From positions 1,633 to 65,632 of the forward strand of contig VFGE01000030.1 in the NCBI GenBank assembly GCA_009392515.1: a stretch of 64,000 bases of DNA. Direction: 5' to 3'. Of this stretch, positions 40,433 through 49,415 are shown piece by piece (positions within the stretch are counted from its first letter, which is position 1; each line of letters opens with the position of its first letter). The notes under the pieces were generated by a model. The model worked only from the letters and a program-made list of their open reading frames with translations. It did no database searches and was not told the origin of the DNA. Origin of the DNA: SAR202 cluster bacterium. GTDB lineage: Bacteria > Chloroflexota > Dehalococcoidia > Lucifugimonadales > UBA6952. Made by a program: the position numbers and the translations under genes.

Positions 40433-41254
40433 ATGGCTAATACACTGGGCGAAAATAAAACTGTTCTAATTAATGGTATTAACATTGGTTATGTAGATTG
40501 GGGAGGGGAAGGAAGAAATATAGTACTTTTGCATGGATTGCAAGATACTGCCAGAAATTGGGATCATATTGCAAAAGAGCTTTCAGAAAATTACCACGTT
40601 TTTGCAGTTGATGCTCGCGGGCATGGAAATAGTGATTGGGTCCCTGGTCAATACCAATTTGATAAATATGTTCAAGATGTAAAGGGATTTTTGGAAGAAT
40701 TAGACTTACAAGACGTTGTTTTGATTGGGCATTCTGCTGGTGGTAAATACGCTTTTACTCACACAGCAAATGATTCTTCCAGAGTTTCTGGTTTAGTAAT
40801 TATTGACATGGATCCAGATGCTGTGAATCCTGGATCAGGAAATATGTTTGTTAGATATCGTGAGGAAAGTGACGAATGGGCTGATTTGCAATCAGTTGTA
40901 GAACGGCTACGATCTAGAGAACCTAAAACAAGTGAAGAAATATTAAATCATCTCGCTGAAATTATGACTAACCCTTTACCGAATGGTGGACGAGTTTGGA
41001 AAAGAGATCGTCAAATAGTTTTAGAGTATGAAAGGCCAGAAGCATGGCATATTTTGCCAACAATAAATGTGAAAACATTAATAATAAGGGGTAGTGAATC
41101 ACCTCTACTACGTTTGGAAGTTGCAGAAAAAATGAACGAAATTATTCCAAACTGTGATCTTGTTCAAATTTCTAACGGAGGACATTGGTGCCTGGATGAA
41201 AATCCTAAAGAGGTTATACATCATCTCAATAGTTTTATTAAAAGCTTAAGTTGA
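40433..41254 (+). CDS. Alpha/beta fold hydrolase
   Basis: LLHG, DARGHGNS, GHSAGG, GGHW. Confidence 0.9.
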   Translation: MANTLGENKTVLINGINIGYVDWGGEGRNIVLLHGLQDTARNWDHIAKELSENYHVFAVDARGHGNSDWVPGQYQFDKYVQDVKGFLEELDLQDVVLIGHSAGGKYAFTHTANDSSRVSGLVIIDMDPDAVNPGSGNMFVRYREESDEWADLQSVVERLRSREPKTSEEILNHLAEIMTNPLPNGGRVWKRDRQIVLEYERPEAWHILPTINVKTLIIRGSESPLLRLEVAEKMNEIIPNCDLVQISNGGHWCLDENPKEVIHHLNSFIKSLS

Positions 41255-41260
41255 TAATTA

Positions 41261-42007
41261 ATGAGATATATAGCAGGGATTATACTCTTAATCGTTATTT
41301 TGATATCGATTAATCGGTTCTTTTTTGGTGATGATATTGCTGGGTATTCAATTGTTGAAAATTCTATTGATAATGAAATTAAATTTTCTCCAACCCCTAT
41401 ACTAGATTTGAATATAAAACCTACAGTCACGCAAACTCCTAATCCGTCTCCAATTTCGCCTCCTATTCCTTTAGCTACAGAAACACCAGTACTAATTCAA
41501 ACCCCCACACCAACTTTGGCTCTCATTGCAACACCAACACCAACAGTTACACCAATACCGACAGTTACACCAACACCAACAGCTACAACTATTCCAACGC
41601 CTTTACCTACACCAGACCCAAATAAATATGGACCTAACTTAGAGGCCATTGGAATTTCTTTAGAAAATAATGAAATTAGAACAGTTATAGTTGTGGATTC
41701 CTATTCAAGTTCTGTTATTGAATCAGTTATTTATATAATGAATCCATTTGGTGAAACAATTAGTGTAGGTTGTTCTCCTTTTGAAAAAAATAGTGGTGTA
41801 GAGATATGTAGTGCAAAATTTCGACCTTCTGATCAATTTTTATCTTATACAGGATGGTATTCATTCGAAAGAATTTTTTTAAAAAATAGTAATAATATAC
41901 AATCAAATTATTGGGGTGATGGTAGATTACAGAAAGGACAATCATTTCCTATAGAAAACAATGCTCATTCAAACCTATCGACAGAAGTTGGATTTACAAA
42001 AGAATAA
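41261..42007 (+). CDS. Membrane-anchored exported protein with Pro/Thr-rich linker
   Basis: N-terminal hydrophobic segment; TPTPTVTPIPTVTPTPT linker; globular C-terminus. Confidence 0.7.
   Translation: MRYIAGIILLIVILISINRFFFGDDIAGYSIVENSIDNEIKFSPTPILDLNIKPTVTQTPNPSPISPPIPLATETPVLIQTPTPTLALIATPTPTVTPIPTVTPTPTATTIPTPLPTPDPNKYGPNLEAIGISLENNEIRTVIVVDSYSSSVIESVIYIMNPFGETISVGCSPFEKNSGVEICSAKFRPSDQFLSYTGWYSFERIFLKNSNNIQSNYWGDGRLQKGQSFPIENNAHSNLSTEVGFTKE
41482..41620 (+). repeat. Pro-Thr coding repeats
   Basis: Recurrent acaccaac/ccaacac units encoding (TP)n. Confidence 0.75.
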
Positions 42008-42026
42008 ACTAGATAAAAGCAAAACG

Positions 42027-42050
42027 AATAATATAAGTATTTATATTATT
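42027..42050. terminator. AT-only inverted repeat (weak terminator or operator)
   Basis: aataatataa-gtat-ttatattatt followed by T-rich sequence. Confidence 0.4.
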
Positions 42051-42115
42051 TTGTTGTTGAGAACAAGGTATAGCTATTTGATCAATTGATATAAAATAAT
42101 GTTAAGGATTTTGCC

Positions 42116-43009
42116 ATGAGATTTATGCTAATTGTTAATCCTTTTAGTGGGAAAAAACAAGGTTTAGAAATACTAAAAAAAATCCAACCACTTATTATAA
42201 GATCTGATATAGAAATTGATGTTATAAAAACATGTTATTCTGGTCATGCTGAAAATATTGCTAGAGAATTTGATATAACAAAATACAATGGTCTTTTAAT
42301 GATTGGTGGCGATGGTACTTTCCACGAAGTTATTAATGGTTTGTTAAATAGAGGTGATCATCAAAAAATTCCTATAGGGATTATACCTGCAGGATCTGGC
42401 AACTCTTTTATGAATGATTTAGATATAGCAGATCCCATAAAAGCAGTTGAGCCGATTATTTTAAATAAAACCCGTTTAATAGATGTTATGAGTTTACAAA
42501 TGGGTGACGAAACTCGTTACGGTATTAATTTGATTGGATGGGGCATGGTGACAGATGTGGGATTAACTGCAGAAAATATTAGGTGGATTGGTCCTATTAG
42601 ATATACTTTAGCTGCATTGTTTCAAATTTTGTTTAAAAAATCTAGAAAAGCAATTTTAAAAATACAAAATAAAGCTATAGATACGAAATTTATGTTTATC
42701 ATAGGATGTAATTCAATACACATTGGTAAAGGAATGAAAATGGCACCTAAAGCACGTATTGATGATGGTTTAATAGACGTAGTAGTTGTGGATGATGAAA
42801 TAAGCAGGTTTAGACTTTTAAGAGTTCTTCCTAAACTTTACAAAGGTACTCATATTTTTGAACCAGAAGTTAAATATTTTCAGTCAGATAGTTTTTCAAT
42901 AGAGACTAATCAAAATGATGTATTGAATATAGATGGAGAAATAATAGGTAAAACACCGATTAAAGTGGAAGTAATTCCTAAAGTAATAGAAATATTTGCG
43001 ACAAGATAA
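42116..43009 (+). CDS. Diacylglycerol/sphingosine kinase family (YegS/BmrU-like) lipid kinase
   Basis: IVNPFSG, GGDGTFHEVING, PAGSGN, NIDGE. Confidence 0.9.
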   Translation: MRFMLIVNPFSGKKQGLEILKKIQPLIIRSDIEIDVIKTCYSGHAENIAREFDITKYNGLLMIGGDGTFHEVINGLLNRGDHQKIPIGIIPAGSGNSFMNDLDIADPIKAVEPIILNKTRLIDVMSLQMGDETRYGINLIGWGMVTDVGLTAENIRWIGPIRYTLAALFQILFKKSRKAILKIQNKAIDTKFMFIIGCNSIHIGKGMKMAPKARIDDGLIDVVVVDDEISRFRLLRVLPKLYKGTHIFEPEVKYFQSDSFSIETNQNDVLNIDGEIIGKTPIKVEVIPKVIEIFATR

Positions 43010-43152
43010 ATGTTTTAACCAATGATTTAGATAATCTACCTTTCCTTAATCCCTAATTGTTATTGCAATATAGATAAATTGAGAGGTAAACTAATTGGCA
43101 CCACTTGTGAAGTTGTGGTGGTGATAAGTTATAGTTCATAAACAAAGGAGGA

Positions 43153-43593
43153 ATGCTTATGTCTATGATAGATGGGTTAGAGCGTCCAGTGCCAGTTCCG
43201 TTTGATTGGGCAAAACCTTTTTGGGATGCCGCTAATGAAAGAAAATTAGTAGTACAAAATTGTGGTAGTTGTGGTATTAATCATTACCCTCCTAAAGAAA
43301 AATGCAATAATTGTGATACTACTGAACCATTAGGATGGAAAGAAGTAGAAGGCAAGGGCCATATTGACGTCTATTTGGTAATAAAAGATTCACGAATCAA
43401 AGGATTTAGAGGCGCACAGCCAATAAATTTCGCAATTATTACTTTGGATGAAGATCCTGGTTTAAATTTTCTTTCTAACCTTCCTGGGACTCCTGCTGGA
43501 GAAGTACCTGTAGGAGCTGCAGTTGAAGTTATATTTGATGAATCAGTTGAGGTTGGTAGACAACTCGTTCCAGAGTGGCGAGTAATAGGATAA
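43153..43593 (+). CDS. Zn-ribbon/OB-fold DUF35 protein
   Basis: PFWDAA, QNCGSCG..YPP..KCNNC, VGAAVEVIF. Confidence 0.88.
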   Translation: MLMSMIDGLERPVPVPFDWAKPFWDAANERKLVVQNCGSCGINHYPPKEKCNNCDTTEPLGWKEVEGKGHIDVYLVIKDSRIKGFRGAQPINFAIITLDEDPGLNFLSNLPGTPAGEVPVGAAVEVIFDESVEVGRQLVPEWRVIG

Positions 43594-43661
43594 TTTAATA
43601 ACTATAAATATTTGCTTAATCAAGCAATAGATCTGTATTGAGGCAAGAAAGGAATTATGTC

Positions 43662-44951
43662 ATGGCAAACTGGCAAAGAGATAAGGAAGGAATGGGACTT
43701 TGGGAACATAGAGGTAAAGTTGCGGTTGTTGGTTGGGGACAGTCTTATATTCAACGTCGATGGGACGGAGTAGATCTTGAAAGGTCATGTGGTGGTACGA
43801 GTAAAGAATCAATTTTAAAAGCTATTTCAGATGCAGGAATCGGTCTTGATGAAATTGATGGCCTGATGACAAGTAAAGAGACAAGAGCCGAACAAACTTG
43901 GGCTCCTCGCCCATATTTTGCTCCTCCATATGATACTGAAGATGGATTAACCTATTGTTCAGGAGAATTTATTCAAAAAGAACTAGGTTTAAAAAATGTA
44001 AAATATATTGAATCAGATGCTCCATACATAGGACCTATGCTTGGTATGGCTGCACAGGCTGTAGGCGATGGAATGGCTGAGACTTTAGTATGTTGGTATC
44101 CAATGGTTAATTTATCTGGGCGTTATGGCCATAATAATCCAGCTAATAATAGTAATGAGGCTAAAGGCGGTAATGCATTTACATTACCTTGGGGTTATCA
44201 ATCAGGTGCTATGTTTAACAATGCAATAGTTTTTCAACAATATTGTCAGAGATATAATACATCTCATGAAGCTTTGGCACCTTTTGTAATGAATCAGAGG
44301 CGAAATGGTTTACTTACCCCGTGGTCATATTATTCATTACACGAACCATACCAATTAACCAAAGAAGATTATCTAAATGGAAGAGTAGTTGAAGAGCCTT
44401 TAGTTGTATACGATTGCGATAGGCCAGTAATGGCATGTGCTGCTTTCATATTTACTACTGCTGAGAAAGCAAAAACACTACGCCAAAAACCAGTTTACAT
44501 ATTAAACCATGCGCAAAATAGTGTTCGTGGTAGAAGTACAATGGCAACATTGGATGAACACCAAGAAGCTGTATCTAGTTTAGCTAGAAAAATGGAAGAA
44601 GGCTCTGGTGTTAATATTAAAGACGTAGATATCTTTAATCCATATGACGGATATGCAACCTTTACACAACAATTCCTTGAAGGTTTTCAATGGCATGGTG
44701 TTGGGCGAGGTGAAGCTCATGACTTTTATGCCGATGACATACGAGTGGAAGGGCCACATCCATTTTTATCTAGTGGAGGAAATCTAGGTACAGGTCGTAC
44801 AAGATCTGCACTTCATAGTGATAGTATCGAACAATTAAGAGGAACAGCTGGACCAAGACAAGTTAATGTTAAAGCGGAGATTGCTTTAGCAGGAAGTAAC
44901 ACCCCTGATGCATGTGGCTTTGTTATGTACAGTAGCCATCAAGGATCATAG
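43662..44951 (+). CDS. Divergent thiolase-superfamily protein (start ATG 43662)
   Basis: KVAVVGWG, YDCDRPV, NPYDGY, SGGNLG; follows a DUF35 gene. Confidence 0.8.
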   Translation: MANWQRDKEGMGLWEHRGKVAVVGWGQSYIQRRWDGVDLERSCGGTSKESILKAISDAGIGLDEIDGLMTSKETRAEQTWAPRPYFAPPYDTEDGLTYCSGEFIQKELGLKNVKYIESDAPYIGPMLGMAAQAVGDGMAETLVCWYPMVNLSGRYGHNNPANNSNEAKGGNAFTLPWGYQSGAMFNNAIVFQQYCQRYNTSHEALAPFVMNQRRNGLLTPWSYYSLHEPYQLTKEDYLNGRVVEEPLVVYDCDRPVMACAAFIFTTAEKAKTLRQKPVYILNHAQNSVRGRSTMATLDEHQEAVSSLARKMEEGSGVNIKDVDIFNPYDGYATFTQQFLEGFQWHGVGRGEAHDFYADDIRVEGPHPFLSSGGNLGTGRTRSALHSDSIEQLRGTAGPRQVNVKAEIALAGSNTPDACGFVMYSSHQGS

Positions 44952-44962
44952 GGGTATTATAA

Positions 44963-45304
44963 GTGAAAGTATTAGTTAGTTTTGATATAGATGGAACATT
45001 GGAAGCAGGCGATCCGCCAGGACCAATTACTATGCAAATGGTAAAGAAGGCTAAAGAACATGGATGCATTATAGGCAGCAGTTCCGATCGTCCTCTTCCA
45101 GTTCAACAGAATATTTGGGATAGATTTGATATTGAGGTAAGCTTCGTTTCCGCAAAGCATCAGCTTCCAGATATAAAAACCAAATTTCCAGCCGATAAGT
45201 ATTATCATATAGGTGACACCGAAATAGATCAGCAATACGCCAAACAAGCTGGATTTGATTTTTTATGGGAGCAAGAAGGTTTAGATGAACCTTGGATTAC
45301 ATAA
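44963..45304 (+). CDS. Minimal HAD-superfamily hydrolase
   Basis: FDIDGT motif I, HIGDTEID motif IV. Confidence 0.8.
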   Translation: MKVLVSFDIDGTLEAGDPPGPITMQMVKKAKEHGCIIGSSSDRPLPVQQNIWDRFDIEVSFVSAKHQLPDIKTKFPADKYYHIGDTEIDQQYAKQAGFDFLWEQEGLDEPWIT

Positions 45305-45329
45305 GATAGATCAATACCATCTTATGTAA
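45297..45329. terminator. Hairpin between convergent HAD gene and tRNA
   Basis: ttacataagat-N11-atcttatgtaa. Confidence 0.55.
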
Positions 45330-45332
45330 ATT

Positions 45333-45408
45333 TGGTGCCCCTGATGCGACTCGAACGCACGACACACGGTTTAGGAAACCGTTGCTCTATCCTCTGAGCT
45401 ACAGGGGC
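45333..45408 (-). tRNA. tRNA-Arg (anticodon CCT), CCA encoded
   Basis: Acceptor stem GCCCCTG/CAGGGGC-ACCA, anticodon arm ACGGT-TTCCTAA-ACCGT, TTCGAGT T-loop; 76 nt. Confidence 0.97.
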
Positions 45409-45475
45409 TGAAGGGCTATTTTAAACTTAATAACTTCGATTTACAATGAATTAATTCTTAATGCTAGGTTCTTAA

Positions 45476-46627
45476 ATGAAAAATTCAAAACGTGGTAATG
45501 TTGATCCATTTATAGTTATGGATGTTATGGAGGCTGCACGTAAAGCAGAAGAATCTGGACGAAGAATTATTCACATGGAAGTAGGCCAACCTGGAACTGC
45601 TGCACCAAAACAAGCTACAAATTCTGTAATTGAATCCATGACTAATAACAATTTAGGATATACTGTCGCTTTAGGTTTACCTGAATTACGTATGCGTATT
45701 TCTCAATTATATGGGGAATGGTATAACGTAGATATAAATCCAAACAGAATAGCTATTACTCCCGGTTCTTCTAGTGCATTTGTGGCATCTTTTACCTCTC
45801 TTTTTGATTCAGGAGATCGAGTAGGCATAGCAGCTCCAGGATATCCAAGCTATAAGCAAATACTTAAAGCACTTGATTTAGTACCTGTGACGATCAGAAC
45901 AATTATAGAAAATCGATTTCAGCCTTTACCAGAAGATTTGCCTAATAATGACCTTTCGGGTTTTTTGATTGCATCTCCTGCAAATCCAACAGGTTCAATG
46001 CTTGATTACCAATCTTTATCAGATTTGATACATATATCTCAGGAGAATAACATTTCATTTATAAGTGATGAAATATACCATGGTATTGAATATGAAACAA
46101 AAGCAGTTACAGCTTTAGAGATAACAGATGATTGTTATGTTATAAATTCCTTTTCAAAGTATTTTTCTATGACGGGTTGGCGAATAGGATGGATCATTGT
46201 TCCTGAAAATCATATTCGTCAAATAGAAAGCATTGTACAAAATATGTTTATTTGTGCCCCACATGTCAGTCAAATTGCTGCAATTGCTGCTATGGATGCT
46301 AAAGATGAGTTAGAATATAATATGTCAGTCTATCGTAAAAATCGTAGTTTAATGATTGAAGGATTAGCAAAAGCTGGTTTTACTGAAATAGCTCCACCAG
46401 ATGGCGCTTTTTATATATATGCAAATATTAGTAAATTTAGTAATAATAGTTTTAAATTTACTCGTGAAATTTTAGATGAAGCCGGAATTGCTATAACCCC
46501 AGGATTTGATTTTGATGCAGAGCGAGGTAATGAAACAATTAGATTTTCATATGCTGGTACAACAGATGATATGAAAGAGGGGTTAAACAGACTGTATAAA
46601 TATATGAAATCAAAAGATTTTATTTAA
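45476..46627 (+). CDS. PLP-dependent class I/II aminotransferase (AspC-like)
   Basis: HMEVGQP, SPANPTG, SDEIYHG, NSFSKYFSMTGWRIGW. Confidence 0.92.
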   Translation: MKNSKRGNVDPFIVMDVMEAARKAEESGRRIIHMEVGQPGTAAPKQATNSVIESMTNNNLGYTVALGLPELRMRISQLYGEWYNVDINPNRIAITPGSSSAFVASFTSLFDSGDRVGIAAPGYPSYKQILKALDLVPVTIRTIIENRFQPLPEDLPNNDLSGFLIASPANPTGSMLDYQSLSDLIHISQENNISFISDEIYHGIEYETKAVTALEITDDCYVINSFSKYFSMTGWRIGWIIVPENHIRQIESIVQNMFICAPHVSQIAAIAAMDAKDELEYNMSVYRKNRSLMIEGLAKAGFTEIAPPDGAFYIYANISKFSNNSFKFTREILDEAGIAITPGFDFDAERGNETIRFSYAGTTDDMKEGLNRLYKYMKSKDFI

Positions 46628-46649
46628 TTAGGAAATATAGGAGTTAAAT

Positions 46650-47705
46650 ATGAGTGAAGTAAAAATGATAATGGTAGGAGATACTAATGTAGGCAGGCCT
46701 AATCCTGATTCAGCTTTTGAATCTGTTCAACATCTTACCCAAGATTCTGATATAGCATTTTGTAATTTAGAAACAGTGCTTGCAGATGCAAAATATCTTT
46801 CTCCATATGATAGAGTTACTCTCCCTCGTTCTGATGAATCGGTTCTTGATTCGTATCTAAAAGCTGGTTTTAATGTTATGAATCAGGCAAATAACCCTAA
46901 CACTTATCACGGCTTAGATCCATTGGTAAGAGCGGTAGAGGTCTTAGATCAGGCTGGTGTTATTCATGCTGGTGCAGGACATAATCTTGAAGAGGCAAGA
47001 AAACCAGCATTAATTGAGAAAAATGGAGTTAAAGTGGCTTTTGTATGTAGAACATCAGTAGGTACTCCAGATATGGGGGCAACTATTGATACACCAGGAG
47101 TTGCTTTTTACCCAATATATACATCATATGAACCAACTACACGAGTACATTCCAATCCAGGATGGTTCCCAATAATTCGTACTACTCCTGACCGTGGAAA
47201 ATACCGTGATGAACTTGCTGAAGATATTAAAAAAGCTAAAGAAATTGCTGACTTAGTAGTAATGTCTTGGCATTGGGGACTTTCTCCATATCAACTACAC
47301 CCAGGTGCAGGGCCAGGAGATGTTGAGGTTATGGAATATCAGAAAGAAATGGCACATTTTGTTATTGATTGTGGAGTGGATTTAGTTTTGGGACATCATT
47401 CTCATCAACCACAACCAATTGAAATATATAATGGAAAAGCTATTTTTTATTCTTTAGCAAATTTTGTACATGACTTAGCTGACTTTAAAGAAATGCAATT
47501 TATGGCAATATTTTCCAAATGTTTGATTAAAGATGGCAAAATTTCCCAATTATCCTTTATTCCAGGAACAATTGATGGTAATGGGCCTCCAGTATTTGGA
47601 AAACCTTCAGAATTACCAGATGTTGTAACCAGGATGCAAGAAATGTCCTCTTCATATGGAACTAAGTTTAAAGTTACTGATGAAGAAGTAATTATTGTCT
47701 TGTAA
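46650..47705 (+). CDS. CapA/PgsA-family metallophosphoesterase without signal peptide
   Basis: VGD, FCNLE, ANN, SWHWG, GHHSHQPQ, YSLANF. Confidence 0.85.
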   Translation: MSEVKMIMVGDTNVGRPNPDSAFESVQHLTQDSDIAFCNLETVLADAKYLSPYDRVTLPRSDESVLDSYLKAGFNVMNQANNPNTYHGLDPLVRAVEVLDQAGVIHAGAGHNLEEARKPALIEKNGVKVAFVCRTSVGTPDMGATIDTPGVAFYPIYTSYEPTTRVHSNPGWFPIIRTTPDRGKYRDELAEDIKKAKEIADLVVMSWHWGLSPYQLHPGAGPGDVEVMEYQKEMAHFVIDCGVDLVLGHHSHQPQPIEIYNGKAIFYSLANFVHDLADFKEMQFMAIFSKCLIKDGKISQLSFIPGTIDGNGPPVFGKPSELPDVVTRMQEMSSSYGTKFKVTDEEVIIVL

Positions 47706-48497
47706 TTATATTTTGGGAACTCCAAGGTGTAGGGATAAATAGTCCAATAAAGAGGAAAGATTTTCTGGGTTTTTTTCAATACTTAGATTGGTAGTCATTG
47801 GTGTGATAGATATTAGGTCGTTACGAACAGCCCATACATCGGTATGTTCTATTTCATCCCAATCAGGCCTAGTTCTTGTTACCCAATGAAATCTTTGAGT
47901 TCGAAAATCTTCAACATTAATTGAATCAGAATATACTCTATCAGCTAGTGTAGTTTGAGTAATACCTTTTATTTCAGTTGGTTTTTTATTTGGCATGTTG
48001 ATATTTAACAAAGATATATCTTGGTATATTTTTGATTCATATGCTTCAGCCATTAAAGTTGCTACTTTTGCGCCTATATCGAAATTGTCTGGTGTTAAAG
48101 AAGCAATTGAAAGAGCGATGGAGGGGATTTTTCTTACATATCCCTGAAGAGCTGCTCCAATGGTTCCAGAAAAAACCACGTCATCTCCAAAATTACTTCC
48201 ATTATTAATTCCAGAAATAACTAAATCCACCTTTCCGATTATTGTTTCAAGCCCAAGTATTGCAGAATCGGCAGGTGTTCCACTAGTTGCGTAGCAAGGG
48301 AAGTTAATATTAGAATTCGGTAAGTCATTGATACAATTTATAGTTATTGGGCTAAATAGAGAAATAGAGCAACCTGCACCGCTACAGTTTTTATTTGGAG
48401 CTGTTATAGCAATCTCATGGTTTTCAGATAATGTATTTGCAATTGCCCAAATGCCCGGAGCATAAACTCCATCATCATTAGTGAGTAGTATTTTCAT
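47706..48497 (-). CDS. surE: 5'/3'-nucleotidase SurE
   Basis: ILLTNDDG, SGTPAD, SGINNGSN, SGTIGAA. Confidence 0.95.
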   Translation of the reverse strand: MKILLTNDDGVYAPGIWAIANTLSENHEIAITAPNKNCSGAGCSISLFSPITINCINDLPNSNINFPCYATSGTPADSAILGLETIIGKVDLVISGINNGSNFGDDVVFSGTIGAALQGYVRKIPSIALSIASLTPDNFDIGAKVATLMAEAYESKIYQDISLLNINMPNKKPTEIKGITQTTLADRVYSDSINVEDFRTQRFHWVTRTRPDWDEIEHTDVWAVRNDLISITPMTTNLSIEKNPENLSSLLDYLSLHLGVPKI

Positions 48498-48506
48498 AAA
48501 TTTTCC

Positions 48507-49337
48507 TTAAAATGTTAGATTATCGATAAGCCTTGTTTTTCCTATACAAACTGAAATTAGTATAATTGATGACGGTGAGACCAAATCTACCGGCTCAAAT
48601 GTAACTTTATCACGAATACTAATATATTCAATTCTTATTAAAGATTCTTTTTCAAGATAGTTTTTAATAGATATAATAATATTACTTGCAAGTGTTTCAC
48701 CCTCTAAGTATAAACGTTTACCATATTTTAATGAAGAATATATTTTATTAGCCGCATTTTTTTCTTTTATATTTAAATAGACATTTCTACTACTTAAAGC
48801 TAGCCCATCATTTTCACGTACTGTTGGAATAGCTATAATTTTTGATCCGTGATTTAAATCATTATTTAGTCGATCAATTATCAAGTACTGTTGAAAATCT
48901 TTTTGCCCAAAGTAGGCGTTATTTGGTTTTGTTATATTAAGCAATTTTGAAACGACTGTTGATACTCCTCTAAAATGACTAGGTCTCTTTTCACCTTCTA
49001 GAACAGAACTTAATTGATCATTAATTACAATAGTTTGAAACTCTTTGGGATACATTGTAGACGCATCTGGTGCAAATAATATATCAATTTCTAGATCTGA
49101 AAGTATTTTTTTATCTCTTTGAAAATTTCTAGGATATGTATTAAAGTCCTCATTTTGGCCAAATTGTGTTGGATTAACAAATAGTGTGACTATTGTGGTT
49201 GTATTTTGTTTTTTTGATTCATTGATTAATTTGATATGACCTTCATGTATAGAACCCATGGTTGGCACTAGACCAATAGGTCTTTGAACACTATTGCATA
49301 TTCTTTGCATCAATGGTATGGATTTTATTATTTTCAT
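48507..49337 (-). CDS. panC: Pantoate--beta-alanine ligase
   Basis: VPTMGSIHEGH, FVNPTQF, RPSHFRGV, FGQKDFQQ, GLALSSRN, RLIDN. Confidence 0.96.
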   Translation of the reverse strand: MKIIKSIPLMQRICNSVQRPIGLVPTMGSIHEGHIKLINESKKQNTTTIVTLFVNPTQFGQNEDFNTYPRNFQRDKKILSDLEIDILFAPDASTMYPKEFQTIVINDQLSSVLEGEKRPSHFRGVSTVVSKLLNITKPNNAYFGQKDFQQYLIIDRLNNDLNHGSKIIAIPTVRENDGLALSSRNVYLNIKEKNAANKIYSSLKYGKRLYLEGETLASNIIISIKNYLEKESLIRIEYISIRDKVTFEPVDLVSPSSIILISVCIGKTRLIDNLTF

Positions 49338-49415
49338 GAGTTTATAAGAAACTTTTCTAGATGATTTTAGCTACTTATTCTTTGTGAATAGATCGATCAC
49401 ATTTTTGTTGGATAA

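Noticed and set aside
45333-45408. Prophage or integrative element at tRNA-Arg
   Set aside because: No integrase, phage genes or attL/attR duplication seen in the window
49383-49401. TGTGA...TCACA resembling a CRP site upstream of panC
   Set aside because: Spacer is 9 nt rather than 6; at most a small hairpin
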